Positions 22,988 through 33,459 of a DNA stretch of 64,000 nucleotides are shown piece after piece. The stretch lies in NCBI RefSeq assembly GCF_053078305.1, contig NZ_CP166879.1; one strand, written 5' to 3'. Made by a program: the position numbers and the translations under genes. Each line of letters begins with the position of its first letter. Within the stretch, counting starts at the first letter, position 1. The notes under the pieces were generated by a model. That model saw only the letters and a program-made list of their open reading frames with translations. It had not been told where the DNA came from and made no database searches.

Positions 22988-23887
22988 CTAAACAGCACCT
23001 TTATACTTCAGCCTATCTATAAATAATGAGAATGCCGAGCCAGCATGTCGACGGTGTGGATAGTACAGGTGATAACCGGGTAAATCTGGTGTGAATTTAT
23101 CCAAAACACGTATCAGTTTTTTTTCTTTAATAGCCCGCTCAACCTGATCATAAGGTAGATACGCCAATCCATGCCCATCAATTGCAGCATCAATGATCAG
23201 GTCTATCGTATTCAGTAAAAGCTGACCTTCCATGCGAACACGAACTTCACGTCCACCGCGTATTAATCTCCAGCGATTTGCTGTACCCGATGTGGGAAGA
23301 TACAAATTAACTGCCTGATGATCTATTAATTGTGACACTGACGTTGGAACACTTCGGCGGGAAAAATAATCCGGTGAGCCAACAATAGCCATTGGTATAT
23401 CTGGCCCGATTCGAATGGCGATCATATCTTTATCCATCTCCCCACCCAGACGGACGCCTGCATCAAAACGCTCAGAAACGACATCAGTCAAACCATAATC
23501 AATGATAAGCTGAATATCAATTTCAGGGTGTGATTTCAGGAATGTGCGCATGGCTGGTAACAATATCGTTTTTGCTGCATGTTCTACAGTAGTAATACGT
23601 ATTGTCCCGGATGGGCGGTTCTGCAGATCGCTCAGGGATGCCAGGGCAGAATCTATGTCATGCAGCATAGGGCCAAGAACAGACAAAAGATGCTCGCCCG
23701 CTTCAGTAGGTACAACACTGCGCGTGGTTCGCGTCAGAAGCCGCAATCCCAATCGTTCTTCTATACGGCGCACTATCTGGCTTAATGCTGACTGCGCCAT
23801 GCTCAGGCGGGCTGCTGCGCGAGTGAAGCTACGCTCCTCTGCAACGACGACAAACGCCATCAGATCAGCGATCTCTTCACGCTTCAT
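22988..23887 (-). CDS. pgrR: LysR-family regulator PgrR (YcjZ), 299 aa
   Basis: LysR HTH (FTRAAARLSMAQSALSQIVRRIE). Divergent from ycjY. Confidence 0.85.
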   Translation of the reverse strand: MKREEIADLMAFVVVAEERSFTRAAARLSMAQSALSQIVRRIEERLGLRLLTRTTRSVVPTEAGEHLLSVLGPMLHDIDSALASLSDLQNRPSGTIRITTVEHAAKTILLPAMRTFLKSHPEIDIQLIIDYGLTDVVSERFDAGVRLGGEMDKDMIAIRIGPDIPMAIVGSPDYFSRRSVPTSVSQLIDHQAVNLYLPTSGTANRWRLIRGGREVRVRMEGQLLLNTIDLIIDAAIDGHGLAYLPYDQVERAIKEKKLIRVLDKFTPDLPGYHLYYPHRRHAGSAFSLFIDRLKYKGAV

Positions 23888-23912
23888 TTAGTATCTCCAT
23901 ACAATCTATTAA

Positions 23913-23926
23913 TCATTTAAATGATA
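23913..23926. promoter_or_regulatory. Perfect 14-bp palindrome ATCATTTAAATGAT in the pgrR/ycjY divergent promoter region; candidate operator
   Basis: The sequence is its own reverse complement. It is followed by two direct repeats of GGTCTAATCA at 23928-23937 and 23946-23955. Confidence 0.3.
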
Positions 23927-24024
23927 GGTCTAATCATGATTTTGGGTCTAATCAACTTAATGATCAATATCTATAGTGATATAACCAACCGTTAAAACGA
24001 ACCAACAACTCCATGAGGAACGGA

Positions 24025-24945
24025 ATGATGAATAATAAAGTCAGCTTCACTAACAGCAATAATCCAACCATCTCTTTGTCTGCAGTGATCTATTTTCCTC
24101 CAAAATTTGATGAAACCCGTCAATATCCGGCAATTGTGGTATCTCACCCAGGTGGGGGCGTTAAAGAACAAACGGCCGGAACTTATGCCGAAAAACTGGC
24201 GGAAAAGGGATTTGTCACTATTGCTTATGACGCATCTTATCAAGGTGAAAGTGGCGGCGAGCCGCGTCAGTTAGAAAACCCATACATTCGTACTGAAGAC
24301 ATCAGTGCCGTGATTGATTACCTGACAACGCTTTCTTATGTCGACAATACCCGAATTGGTGCGATGGGAATTTGTGCCGGTGCAGGATATACAGCCAATG
24401 CTGCAATTCAGGATCGCCGCATCAAGGCCATCGGTACCGTTAGTGCGGTCAATATTGGTTCGATGTTCCGTAATGGTTGGGAAAACAATGTGAAATCTAT
24501 TGATGCCCTGCCATACGTTGAAGCGGGTTCAAACGCCAGAACCAGCGATATTAGCAGCGGAGAATACGCCATTATGCCACTGGCACCAATGAAGGAGTCC
24601 GATGCGCCGAACGAAGAACTGCGTCAGGCCTGGGAGTATTACCACACCCCTCGCGCGCAGTATCCAACAGCACCGGGTTACGCTACTTTGCGCAGCCTTA
24701 ACCAGATTATTACCTATGATGCTTACCATATGGCGGAAGTGTACCTGACTCAGCCGACGCAGATTGTGGCGGGCAGCCAGGCAGGGAGCAAATGGATGAG
24801 TGACGACCTGTACGATCGGGCATCAAGCCAGGATAAACGCTATCACATTGTTGAAGGCGCAAACCATATGGATCTTTATGACGGCAAAGCCTATGTGGCT
24901 GAAGCAATTTCAGTATTAGCTCCGTTCTTTGAGGAAACTCTGTAA
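24025..24945 (+). CDS. ycjY: Alpha/beta hydrolase, dienelactone-hydrolase-like with a Cys nucleophile elbow, 306 aa
   Basis: G-x-C-x-G nucleophile motif (GICAGAG). Start at MMNNK with GAGGA upstream. The stop overlaps the next gene start. Confidence 0.8.
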   Translation: MMNNKVSFTNSNNPTISLSAVIYFPPKFDETRQYPAIVVSHPGGGVKEQTAGTYAEKLAEKGFVTIAYDASYQGESGGEPRQLENPYIRTEDISAVIDYLTTLSYVDNTRIGAMGICAGAGYTANAAIQDRRIKAIGTVSAVNIGSMFRNGWENNVKSIDALPYVEAGSNARTSDISSGEYAIMPLAPMKESDAPNEELRQAWEYYHTPRAQYPTAPGYATLRSLNQIITYDAYHMAEVYLTQPTQIVAGSQAGSKWMSDDLYDRASSQDKRYHIVEGANHMDLYDGKAYVAEAISVLAPFFEETL

Positions 24946-25874
24946 TGAAACATATTCAAATCCGCAATAGTGATATGGCCTGGCATATTGCTGCCAATAT
25001 TCAGTTTCCACCAAATTTTGATGAGTCAAAACAGTATCCGGCGATTATCAGCGTCCATCCTTTTGGCAGTTGTAAGGAGCAGACGTCTGGCAATATCTAT
25101 GGCAAGGCATTGGCTGAAAAAGGCTATGTCGTTCTCGCTTATGACGCCAGTTTCCAGGGAGAATCTGGTGGGGAGCCTCGTTGGATAGAAGATCCGACAC
25201 AGCGCGTAGAGGATATTAGCCGTGTTATCGATTATGCAGTAACTCTGCCATATGTTGATGCTGAACGCATTGGCGTGCTGGGTGTGTGTGGGGGGGGTGG
25301 CTATGCCATTAATGCCGCGCTGACAGAAAAACGAATTAAAGCTGTAGTGAGTATTACGGGTGTTAATATCGGGCGTCTTTTTCGGGAAGGTTTCAGCAAT
25401 TACGATCCGATTGGCGCATTGAATGCAATGGCGTCGCAACGAACCAAAGAGGCTCGTGGTGGAGAATTACAGATCAACGAATTACTTCCCGCCAGCCTGG
25501 ATGCAGCAAAAGCCCATGGACTGACCGAACGCGATGTTTATGAAGCAACTGACTACTATAAAACACCACGCGGGCAACAACCGGGAGGTGCGACAAAAAT
25601 GTTGTTCTCACATGCACAGAAAACGCTGGCCTGGGATGCCTTCGCATTTACTGAAGTGTTACTGACTCAGCCGGTGATGGTAGTAGTTGGTGAAAAAGTC
25701 GGTGCCTTCGGTGCTTATCGTGATGGACTGGAAGTCTATGGCCGGGCGATGGTTTCGCAGGATCGTCAGTTAGTTTCATTACCCGATTTCTCACATTATG
25801 AACTGTATGACAAACCGGAAGCAGTTCAGGAGGCGCTGGAAAAAGTTATTCCTTTTTTCAACACCCATCTGTGA
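24945..25874 (+). CDS. Second, tandem alpha/beta hydrolase paralogous to ycjY, 309 aa, intact
   Basis: Alignable with YcjY over its whole length (shared blocks AYDASxQGESGGEPR, EDISxVIDY, RIKA). Nucleophile motif GVCGGGG. Translationally coupled via TAATG. May correspond to the locus annotated as a remnant (ymjD) in K-12, from memory. Confidence 0.75.
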   Translation: MKHIQIRNSDMAWHIAANIQFPPNFDESKQYPAIISVHPFGSCKEQTSGNIYGKALAEKGYVVLAYDASFQGESGGEPRWIEDPTQRVEDISRVIDYAVTLPYVDAERIGVLGVCGGGGYAINAALTEKRIKAVVSITGVNIGRLFREGFSNYDPIGALNAMASQRTKEARGGELQINELLPASLDAAKAHGLTERDVYEATDYYKTPRGQQPGGATKMLFSHAQKTLAWDAFAFTEVLLTQPVMVVVGEKVGAFGAYRDGLEVYGRAMVSQDRQLVSLPDFSHYELYDKPEAVQEALEKVIPFFNTHL

Positions 25875-25894
25875 TAAGTTTCATGAGAAATATT

Positions 25895-26532
25895 ATGAAA
25901 AATGTACTCATTCTTGGTGCTGGCGGTCAGATAGCCCGCCATGTGATTAATCAACTGGCAGATAAACAAACCATTAAACAAACTTTATTTGCTCGTCAGC
26001 CAGCAAAAATACACAAACCCTATCCAACTAATAGCCAGATTATTATGGGGGATGTACTGAATCATGCAGCACTGAAGCAGGCCATGCAGGGACAGGATAT
26101 TGTGTATGCCAACCTTACGGGGGAAGATTTAGATATTCAGGCAAATTCAGTGATCGCTGCGATGAAAGCCTGTGATGTTAAACGTCTGATCTTTGTTCTT
26201 TCCCTCGGCATTTATGATGAAGTTCCAGGAAAATTTGGCGAATGGAATAATGCAGTTATTGGTGAGCCCCTAAACCATTCCGCAGGGCTGCGGATGCAAT
26301 TGAGGCTTCTGGACTGGAATATACAATTCTTCGCCCTGCCTGGCTGACGGATGAAGATATTATTGATTATGAGCTTACCTCACGCAATGAACCATTCAAA
26401 GGTACGATCGTATCACGTAAGAGTGTCGCAGCATTAATTACAGATATCATCGATAAACCTGAGAAACACATTGGTGAGAATATAGGCATCAATCAACCCG
26501 GGACTGATGGCGACAAGCCATTCTTCATGTAA
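25895..26532 (+). pseudogene. ymjC: NAD(P)-binding NmrA/SDR-like protein interrupted by a frameshift (ymjC-like)
   Basis: Rossmann motif ILGAGGQIARH. The frame runs to a stop at 26347, but a different frame continues as ...KPFRRAADAIEASGLEYTILRPAWLTDEDIIDYELT... to 26532. The shift maps to about 26265-26276 (gagcccctaaacc). Start codon uncertain (25883 or 25895). Confidence 0.55.
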
Positions 26533-26822
26533 ATCAATTATATAGCCACCATCGTACTGTACTATGTGCAGTACGATTTATTAAACTTATTAAGGTGAAC
26601 TGATCAATCAGATGCGATTAACATGTGTAGAACCAGTAAGAATAAAATACGCCATGTATATAACATTACGACAATTCTAATATCTGCACATCAATAAAAA
26701 TACAAACAACTTCCGGCAAAAAAGTGATACAAGATCGATGACATAGCGTTGAAGAAAAGGATTTGATAATCCGCAAAATTTGCACAACACTGCCTGTAAT
26801 ACTTCCTGAACCAGAGACGATC

Positions 26823-27525
26823 ATGACCGTAACCCGCCCACGCGCCGAACGCGGCGCATTTCCGCCCGGAACAGAACATTACGGACGTTCATTATTGGGC
26901 GCGCCGTTAATCTGGTTTCCGGCCCCTGCAGCCAGTCGCGAAAGTGGTTTGATTCTGGCTGGCACTCACGGTGATGAAAACTCTTCGGTCGTCACGCTCT
27001 CCTGTGCTCTGCGGACTTTGACACCTTCTTTGCGCCGCCATCATGTGGTGCTGTGTGTGAATCCTGACGGCTGCCAGCTGGGGTTACGGGCCAATGCTAA
27101 TGGTGTGGATTTAAACAGAAACTTTCCGGCGGCAAACTGGAAGGAAGGTGAAACGGTTTATCGCTGGAACAGCGCCGCTGAAGAACGTGATGTCGTATTA
27201 CTGACTGGTGACAAACCTGGCTCCGAACCTGAAACCCAGGCGCTGTGCCAGCTTATACACCGCATTCAACCTGCCTGGGTGGTCTCATTCCACGATCCAC
27301 TGGCCTGTATTGAAGATCCCAGACACAGCGAATTAGGCGAATGGCTGGCTCAGGCGTTTGAATTGCCTCTGGTAACCAGCGTCGGTTATGAAACGCCTGG
27401 CTCTTTCGGCAGTTGGTGTGCAGATCTGAACTTGCATTGCATCACCGCAGAGTTTCCGCCCATCTCCTCCGACGAAGCCAGCGAAAAATATCTCTTTGCG
27501 ATGGCAAACTTGCTGCGCTGGCATC

Positions 27526-27551
<26 letters not shown>
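26823..27551 (+). CDS. mpaA: Murein peptide amidase A (gamma-D-Glu-DAP amidase, M14-like), 242 aa
   Basis: Zinc-binding HxxE motif (GTHGDENSS). Start at MTVTRPRAERG. Confidence 0.85.
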
Positions 27552-28501
<950 letters not shown>

Positions 28502-28609
28502 TGTTGTCGCGGTGGTCTGCGGATTAAGCGCAAATAGCGTTTGCTGTGTTATTGACAGTTAGCATAAACTAGGTGTGACGTTAACTATATGTAAACAGGA
28601 AAGATAATC

Positions 28610-29116
28610 ATGTCACAAACCGTTCATTTCCAGGGCAACCCGGTTACAGTCGCCAACTCCATCCCGCAGGCGGGTAGCAAAGCGCAGACTTTTACTCTCG
28701 TGGCAAAAGATCTGTCTGACGTCACCCTCGGTCAGTTTGCGGGTAAACGCAAAGTGCTGAACATTTTCCCGAGTATTGATACCGGTGTTTGCGCCGCATC
28801 AGTACGTAAGTTTAACCAACTGGCAACTGAGATCGACAACACCGTTGTGCTGTGTATCTCTGCCGATCTGCCGTTCGCCCAGTCTCGTTTCTGCGGCGCA
28901 GAAGGTCTGAACAACGTTATCACCCTCTCCACTTTCCGTAACGCTGAATTTCTGCAAGCCTACGGTGTGGCAATTGCTGATGGCCCACTGAAAGGTCTGG
29001 CAGCGCGTGCCGTTGTGGTTATTGATGAAAATGACAATGTGATTTTCAGCCAGCTGGTGGATGAAATCACCACCGAGCCGGATTACGAAGCAGCTCTGGC
29101 TGTACTGAAAGCATAA
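28610..29116 (+). CDS. tpx: Thiol peroxidase (atypical 2-Cys peroxiredoxin), 168 aa
   Basis: Peroxidatic Cys in [10 protein letters not shown] and resolving Cys in [10 protein letters not shown]. Confidence 0.9.
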   Translation: MSQTVHFQGNPVTVANSIPQAGSKAQTFTLVAKDLSDVTLGQFAGKRKVLNIFPSIDTGVCAASVRKFNQLATEIDNTVVLCISADLPFAQSRFCGAEGLNNVITLSTFRNAEFLQAYGVAIADGPLKGLAARAVVVIDENDNVIFSQLVDEITTEPDYEAALAVLKA

Positions 29117-29120
29117 GTTA

Positions 29121-29153
29121 ATATGCCTGATGGTGTTGCACCATCAGGCATAT
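29121..29153. terminator. Bidirectional terminator between convergent tpx and tyrR
   Basis: Perfect 15-bp inverted repeat atatgcctgatggtg-ttg-caccatcaggcatat, AT-rich on both flanks. Confidence 0.7.
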
Positions 29154-29159
29154 TCGCGC

Positions 29160-30701
29160 TTACTCTTCGTTCTTCTTCTGACTCAGACCATATTCCCGCA
29201 ACTTATTGGCAATCGCGGTATGTGAAACGCCGAGACGTTTTGCCAGTTTGCGCGTGCTGGGATAATTGCGATAAAGCTGAGTTAATACCGAGCGTTCAAA
29301 ACGGCTGGTAATTTCGTCCAGCGAACCTTCCATCGCATCTTCGCCCACGGCTACCGTTGCGGCGTCATAATCCGGCAACAAAATATCCTGTGGACGCAGC
29401 TCATAACCGTCCAGTTGTGTCAGTGCGCGATAGATAGCGTTCTTTAACTGCCGCACATTTCCCGGCCACGCATAACGCGTAAGTACAGTATTCAGGTCAG
29501 CGGCCAGTTTCGGACGCGGCACGCCCTGCTCGTCGGCAAAGCGGGCGACGAACAGCTCAGTTAACGGCATGATGTCCTGCGGACAGTCACGTAGCGGTGG
29601 CAGATTGAGCGTCAACACGTTCAGACGATAATAGAGATCTTCACGGAACATGCCTTTTTGCACCAGTTCGACCAGATTCTTCTGCGTAGCGCAAATCACC
29701 CGCACATCGACATGCACCTCATGGTCTTCGCCAACCCGACGGAAAGTGCCATCATTAAGAAAACGCAGTAATTTCGCCTGCATCCGTGGTGACATCTCAC
29801 CTATTTCATCCAACAGCACCGAACCACCGTTCGCCTGCTCAAAGAATCCTTTCTTCCCTTCCGGAGCATGACCAAACAGCTCACTCTCGACCGCATCTTC
29901 CGGTATAGACGCACAGTTCAGCGCCAGGTAAGGTTTGCTCGCTCTTGGGCTTGCCTGATGGCAGGCGTAGGCAAAGAGATCTTTACCTGTACCTGTGTCA
30001 CCCGTAATCAGCAGCGGCGCGCTTAGCATCGCCAGTTTCTGCGCCTGTTCGACAACATGCTTCATTTTCGGGCTGACAGCGACAATTTGACTGAAGGCGC
30101 TGACGTCCTGGGCGGCGACATTTTGCAACTGGCGGCCCATACGAATCGTTGATCGCAACATCACCACCGCACCTGTCAGGACGTGTTGATCATTTTCATC
30201 CTGAAGATAAACAGGCGTAATCTCCATCAGGAAGTTCTGTCCATTAATAACAACATGCTCGTTATGCGAATCTTGCGGTTCGCTTTCCAGCCAACGTAAA
30301 AAATTAAAGCCGTTAATCAATTGTGCGGCGGTATGGTTGCGCAGGCGATCCAATTTTTGCCCAAAAAGCTGACAGCTCGCTGGGTTCGCCATATCCACTT
30401 TGCTTTTCATATCGACAGAGAGCACAGGTTCGGGCAACGCCTCCAGTAACGCGCTCAACGCCAGATGCTCACGTTCGGAAGGCATCCACGGGACAGTACG
30501 CACATCGGTAACACCTGCAATACGGCGTATTTCGGCCATCAGACTGCTGAAACTCTCAAACTCCAGTTCAGCAAAATTGAGGTAGATTCGCCCAATGGGG
30601 TCAATTTCAATACCGCGTAAATCAATGCCTCTTAGCACGAGTAGATCGAGTAATTCGCGGGTCAGACCGAGTCGGTCTTCACAAAAGACTTCCAGACGCA
30701 T
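29160..30701 (-). CDS. tyrR: Transcriptional regulator TyrR (AAA+ domain with C-terminal HTH), 513 aa
   Basis: Walker A GDTGTGKD with no GAFTGA motif, and a C-terminal HTH. Start at MRLEVFCEDRLGL. Confidence 0.9.
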   Translation of the reverse strand: MRLEVFCEDRLGLTRELLDLLVLRGIDLRGIEIDPIGRIYLNFAELEFESFSSLMAEIRRIAGVTDVRTVPWMPSEREHLALSALLEALPEPVLSVDMKSKVDMANPASCQLFGQKLDRLRNHTAAQLINGFNFLRWLESEPQDSHNEHVVINGQNFLMEITPVYLQDENDQHVLTGAVVMLRSTIRMGRQLQNVAAQDVSAFSQIVAVSPKMKHVVEQAQKLAMLSAPLLITGDTGTGKDLFAYACHQASPRASKPYLALNCASIPEDAVESELFGHAPEGKKGFFEQANGGSVLLDEIGEMSPRMQAKLLRFLNDGTFRRVGEDHEVHVDVRVICATQKNLVELVQKGMFREDLYYRLNVLTLNLPPLRDCPQDIMPLTELFVARFADEQGVPRPKLAADLNTVLTRYAWPGNVRQLKNAIYRALTQLDGYELRPQDILLPDYDAATVAVGEDAMEGSLDEITSRFERSVLTQLYRNYPSTRKLAKRLGVSHTAIANKLREYGLSQKKNEE

Positions 30702-30771
30702 GGGAACCTTCACCTGAAAAAAGAACAATTAATATGATGATATGACACTATTTGGATAGCAGGAAGGTTTC

Positions 30772-30789
30772 TGTCAACAATCATTGACA
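30772..30789. promoter_or_regulatory. TyrR-box-like palindrome upstream of tyrR
   Basis: TGTCAA-N6-TTGACA resembles the TyrR box consensus TGTAAA-N6-TTTACA and lies about 70-90 bp upstream of the tyrR start. Confidence 0.3.
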
Positions 30790-30848
30790 CAAAGACGGAA
30801 AAACGGGCACTTCGGCGTAAAGATATCCGGTCAGCACCCGATATTGCA

Positions 30849-31910
30849 TTATTTTTCGCTGGGCGTTTTGCCTTTTTGCAGCGTTTCTTTCACCTGACCG
30901 ATAAGCTGACGACGGAAATCCCCGAGGCGAGGTTTGTCATCGTCAATCCACGGCAGCGGGCGGCAAAGCTCCATAGCTTTAATCCCGAGTCGTGCCGTCA
31001 GAAGCCCAGCACCAATCCCCTGAGCTGCGCGGGTAGACAAACGAGCAGCGAGATCTTGCGACATCCAGTCCATCCCCACTTCGCGCACCAATTCGCTGGC
31101 TCCGGCGAAAGCGATATTCAGCAATACCAGCTTGAACAGGCGCAAACGGCTGTAATATCCCAGTTCAATGCCATACAGCGTGGCGATGCGATTAATCAAA
31201 CGCAGATTGCGCCAGGCGATAAATGCCATATCCACCAGCGCCAGCGGGCTGACCGCAATCATCAACGTTGATTCCGCTGCCGAACGGCTGATTTCGCGCC
31301 GCGCCTGGGCATCTAAAACTGGCTGGACCAAATGCGCATACAAACTGACCACTTCACGGTCGTTTTGCGTTTCATGGATTGAGGCATACCAGCGTTGCAG
31401 CGCCGGATGTGACTGATCGATGCCCGCCTGCTGCGCCAGTTTTTCGCAAAATGCGCGGCCTTTGCCGGTTCCGTGGCTATGCAATAAATCACGCGCTTCG
31501 TCGCGTTCATGGGCGCGCTGTCGCAAGCGCCATAAGCGCCGCCACTCTGTTACCACAGAACCTACGCCAGCGCCGATAATCAATGCCCCAGCGGCACATC
31601 CACCCAGCGCCACCCAGTCCTGAGTTTGCCAGGCATTCATTGTCCACTGTATACCCTGCCCGACAACGCTTGCGCCAAACAGAGCCAGCCCGCCCATCAC
31701 CATTTTGCGCCACAGGCTGCGTTTCGGACGTAACGCTGCGTCCATTACCGCTTCGACTTGCCCCTCTTCTTCCTGCGCTTCGTCGAGCGTGGCCGGGGCA
31801 AAATTTTGCGCCTGATTTTCGTCAAAGGTCTGCTGCGCCCTGAATTTAGGATTCTGATCGACCTCCAGAGGACCGTCGAAATCAATACGTGGTTTTAACG
31901 GTTCGGTCAT
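30849..31910 (-). CDS. ycjF: Inner-membrane protein YcjF (DUF697/UPF0283), 353 aa
   Basis: Central transmembrane segments. Start overlaps the ycjX stop (ATGA). Confidence 0.85.
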   Translation of the reverse strand: MTEPLKPRIDFDGPLEVDQNPKFRAQQTFDENQAQNFAPATLDEAQEEEGQVEAVMDAALRPKRSLWRKMVMGGLALFGASVVGQGIQWTMNAWQTQDWVALGGCAAGALIIGAGVGSVVTEWRRLWRLRQRAHERDEARDLLHSHGTGKGRAFCEKLAQQAGIDQSHPALQRWYASIHETQNDREVVSLYAHLVQPVLDAQARREISRSAAESTLMIAVSPLALVDMAFIAWRNLRLINRIATLYGIELGYYSRLRLFKLVLLNIAFAGASELVREVGMDWMSQDLAARLSTRAAQGIGAGLLTARLGIKAMELCRPLPWIDDDKPRLGDFRRQLIGQVKETLQKGKTPSEK

Positions 31911-33304
31911 CGCAATTTATCTCCTATTAAAAATTCCAGCGCAGCATCAAGACGAATATGCGGCAGCGGTTTGTCGACATCCATCACCTGCGGGCGAAAC
32001 GCTTCAAACTGGAACCCTTGCTTGTCCCAGAACGCCTGACCGGGCAAACGCGCAGGAACTTCACCGGGGTAAACGGTGAGAGGCGCACCATCGCTAAGTC
32101 GATTACCGCGCAGCGCCGGGATTTTCTCACCGTTAACATCAATAATGCCACTGGTGGTCGCCTGAACTGACGCCAACCCCAGGCAATCCATGCTGATCCC
32201 TTCGAACGCCGCATTTTGCCAGGCATCCTGAATTAGTTGTTGCAGCAATGAAACCATATTGGCGTGCTGATCAATGGTCACATGGTCCGCTTTAGTGGCA
32301 GCAAACAATAGCTTATCGATAACCGGCGAAAACAAACGCCTGAACAGGGTACGCTGCCCATAGTGGAAACTTTGCATCAGCTGCGTCAGCGCCAGACGCA
32401 TATCATTAAATGCCTGTGGCCCACTGTTGAGAGGTTGCAGGCAATCCACCAGCACAATCTGGCGGTCAAAGCGCAGAAAATGATTCTTATAGAACCCCTT
32501 CACCACCTTCTCGCAATAATAATTAAAGCGCTCGCGCAGCATTCCGGCATTGGTATGCTTATCGGCCTGCGCGAGTTTGGACTCGCCCCAGACATCGACA
32601 TCCGGCCACGGGAAGAATTGCAGCGCGGGCGCACCTGCCATATCCCCCGGCAAGACAAAGCGCCCAGGCTGAATAAAGTGCAGCCCCTGCTGTTTACAGT
32701 GGTGGAGATAATCGGTCCACGCGGCGGCAATGTCTGCCAGCCGGTTTTCGTCGGCAGGCGCTAGCGGGTCCAGCCCTTCGCACATCATTCGCCATTTCGC
32801 CGACCATTCGCCACGCTGACCATTGAGTAAGCCCGTCATCTGGCGCGACCAGCTTAAATAGTCCTGCGCCAGCATCGGCAGGTCGAGCAACCATTCGCCA
32901 GGGTAATCCACAATCTCCAGATACAGCGTGGAGGTATCCTTAAAGTGGCGTAGCAGCGAATCGTTCGATTTAAAACGTAGCGCCAGGCGAATTTCGCTGA
33001 CGCCGCGCGTTGGCGTTGGCCAGGCAGGTGGATCGCCATATAACTGCGCCAGCCCTTCATCATAGGTGAAGCGCGGAATGCCAAAGTCACGCTGGGGAAT
33101 GCGTTTTACGCCCAGCAGCCGTTCTTCACGCACCGCGCTTAACAGCGGCAAGCGTGCTCCGGCGTGAATATTGAGCAACTGATTGACCATCGCAGTGATA
33201 AACGCCGTTTTGCCGCTGCGGCTAAGTCCGGTTACGGCGAGGCGCAGATGTCTGTCGACACCCCGATTCACCAGCGCATTGAGTTCATTTTTAAGTCGCT
33301 TCAT
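31907..33304 (-). CDS. ycjX: P-loop NTPase YcjX (DUF463), 465 aa
   Basis: Walker A GLSRSGKT. Confidence 0.85.
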   Translation of the reverse strand: MKRLKNELNALVNRGVDRHLRLAVTGLSRSGKTAFITAMVNQLLNIHAGARLPLLSAVREERLLGVKRIPQRDFGIPRFTYDEGLAQLYGDPPAWPTPTRGVSEIRLALRFKSNDSLLRHFKDTSTLYLEIVDYPGEWLLDLPMLAQDYLSWSRQMTGLLNGQRGEWSAKWRMMCEGLDPLAPADENRLADIAAAWTDYLHHCKQQGLHFIQPGRFVLPGDMAGAPALQFFPWPDVDVWGESKLAQADKHTNAGMLRERFNYYCEKVVKGFYKNHFLRFDRQIVLVDCLQPLNSGPQAFNDMRLALTQLMQSFHYGQRTLFRRLFSPVIDKLLFAATKADHVTIDQHANMVSLLQQLIQDAWQNAAFEGISMDCLGLASVQATTSGIIDVNGEKIPALRGNRLSDGAPLTVYPGEVPARLPGQAFWDKQGFQFEAFRPQVMDVDKPLPHIRLDAALEFLIGDKLR

Positions 33305-33358
33305 TGCTGTCCTGTGCTGCTCTGAAGACCAGAAAAAAAATCATTCGTAAGGATATGA

Positions 33359-33386
33359 ATGTGGGGGCCAGGCCATTGATTATCAA
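33359..33386 (-). promoter_or_regulatory. Candidate sigma32 (heat-shock) promoter for ycjX-ycjF
   Basis: Minus strand reads TTGATAA, a 12-nt spacer, then CCCCCACAT, resembling the sigma32 consensus CTTGAAA-N13-15-CCCCATNT. It lies about 55 bp upstream of the ycjX ATG. Confidence 0.4.
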
Positions 33387-33459
33387 CTGCCCGTGTTGTC
33401 ATCGACGGGCGAACTCCATAAGATGTGCAGCATTCACGTTCGGACGGAGTTCCTGACCT

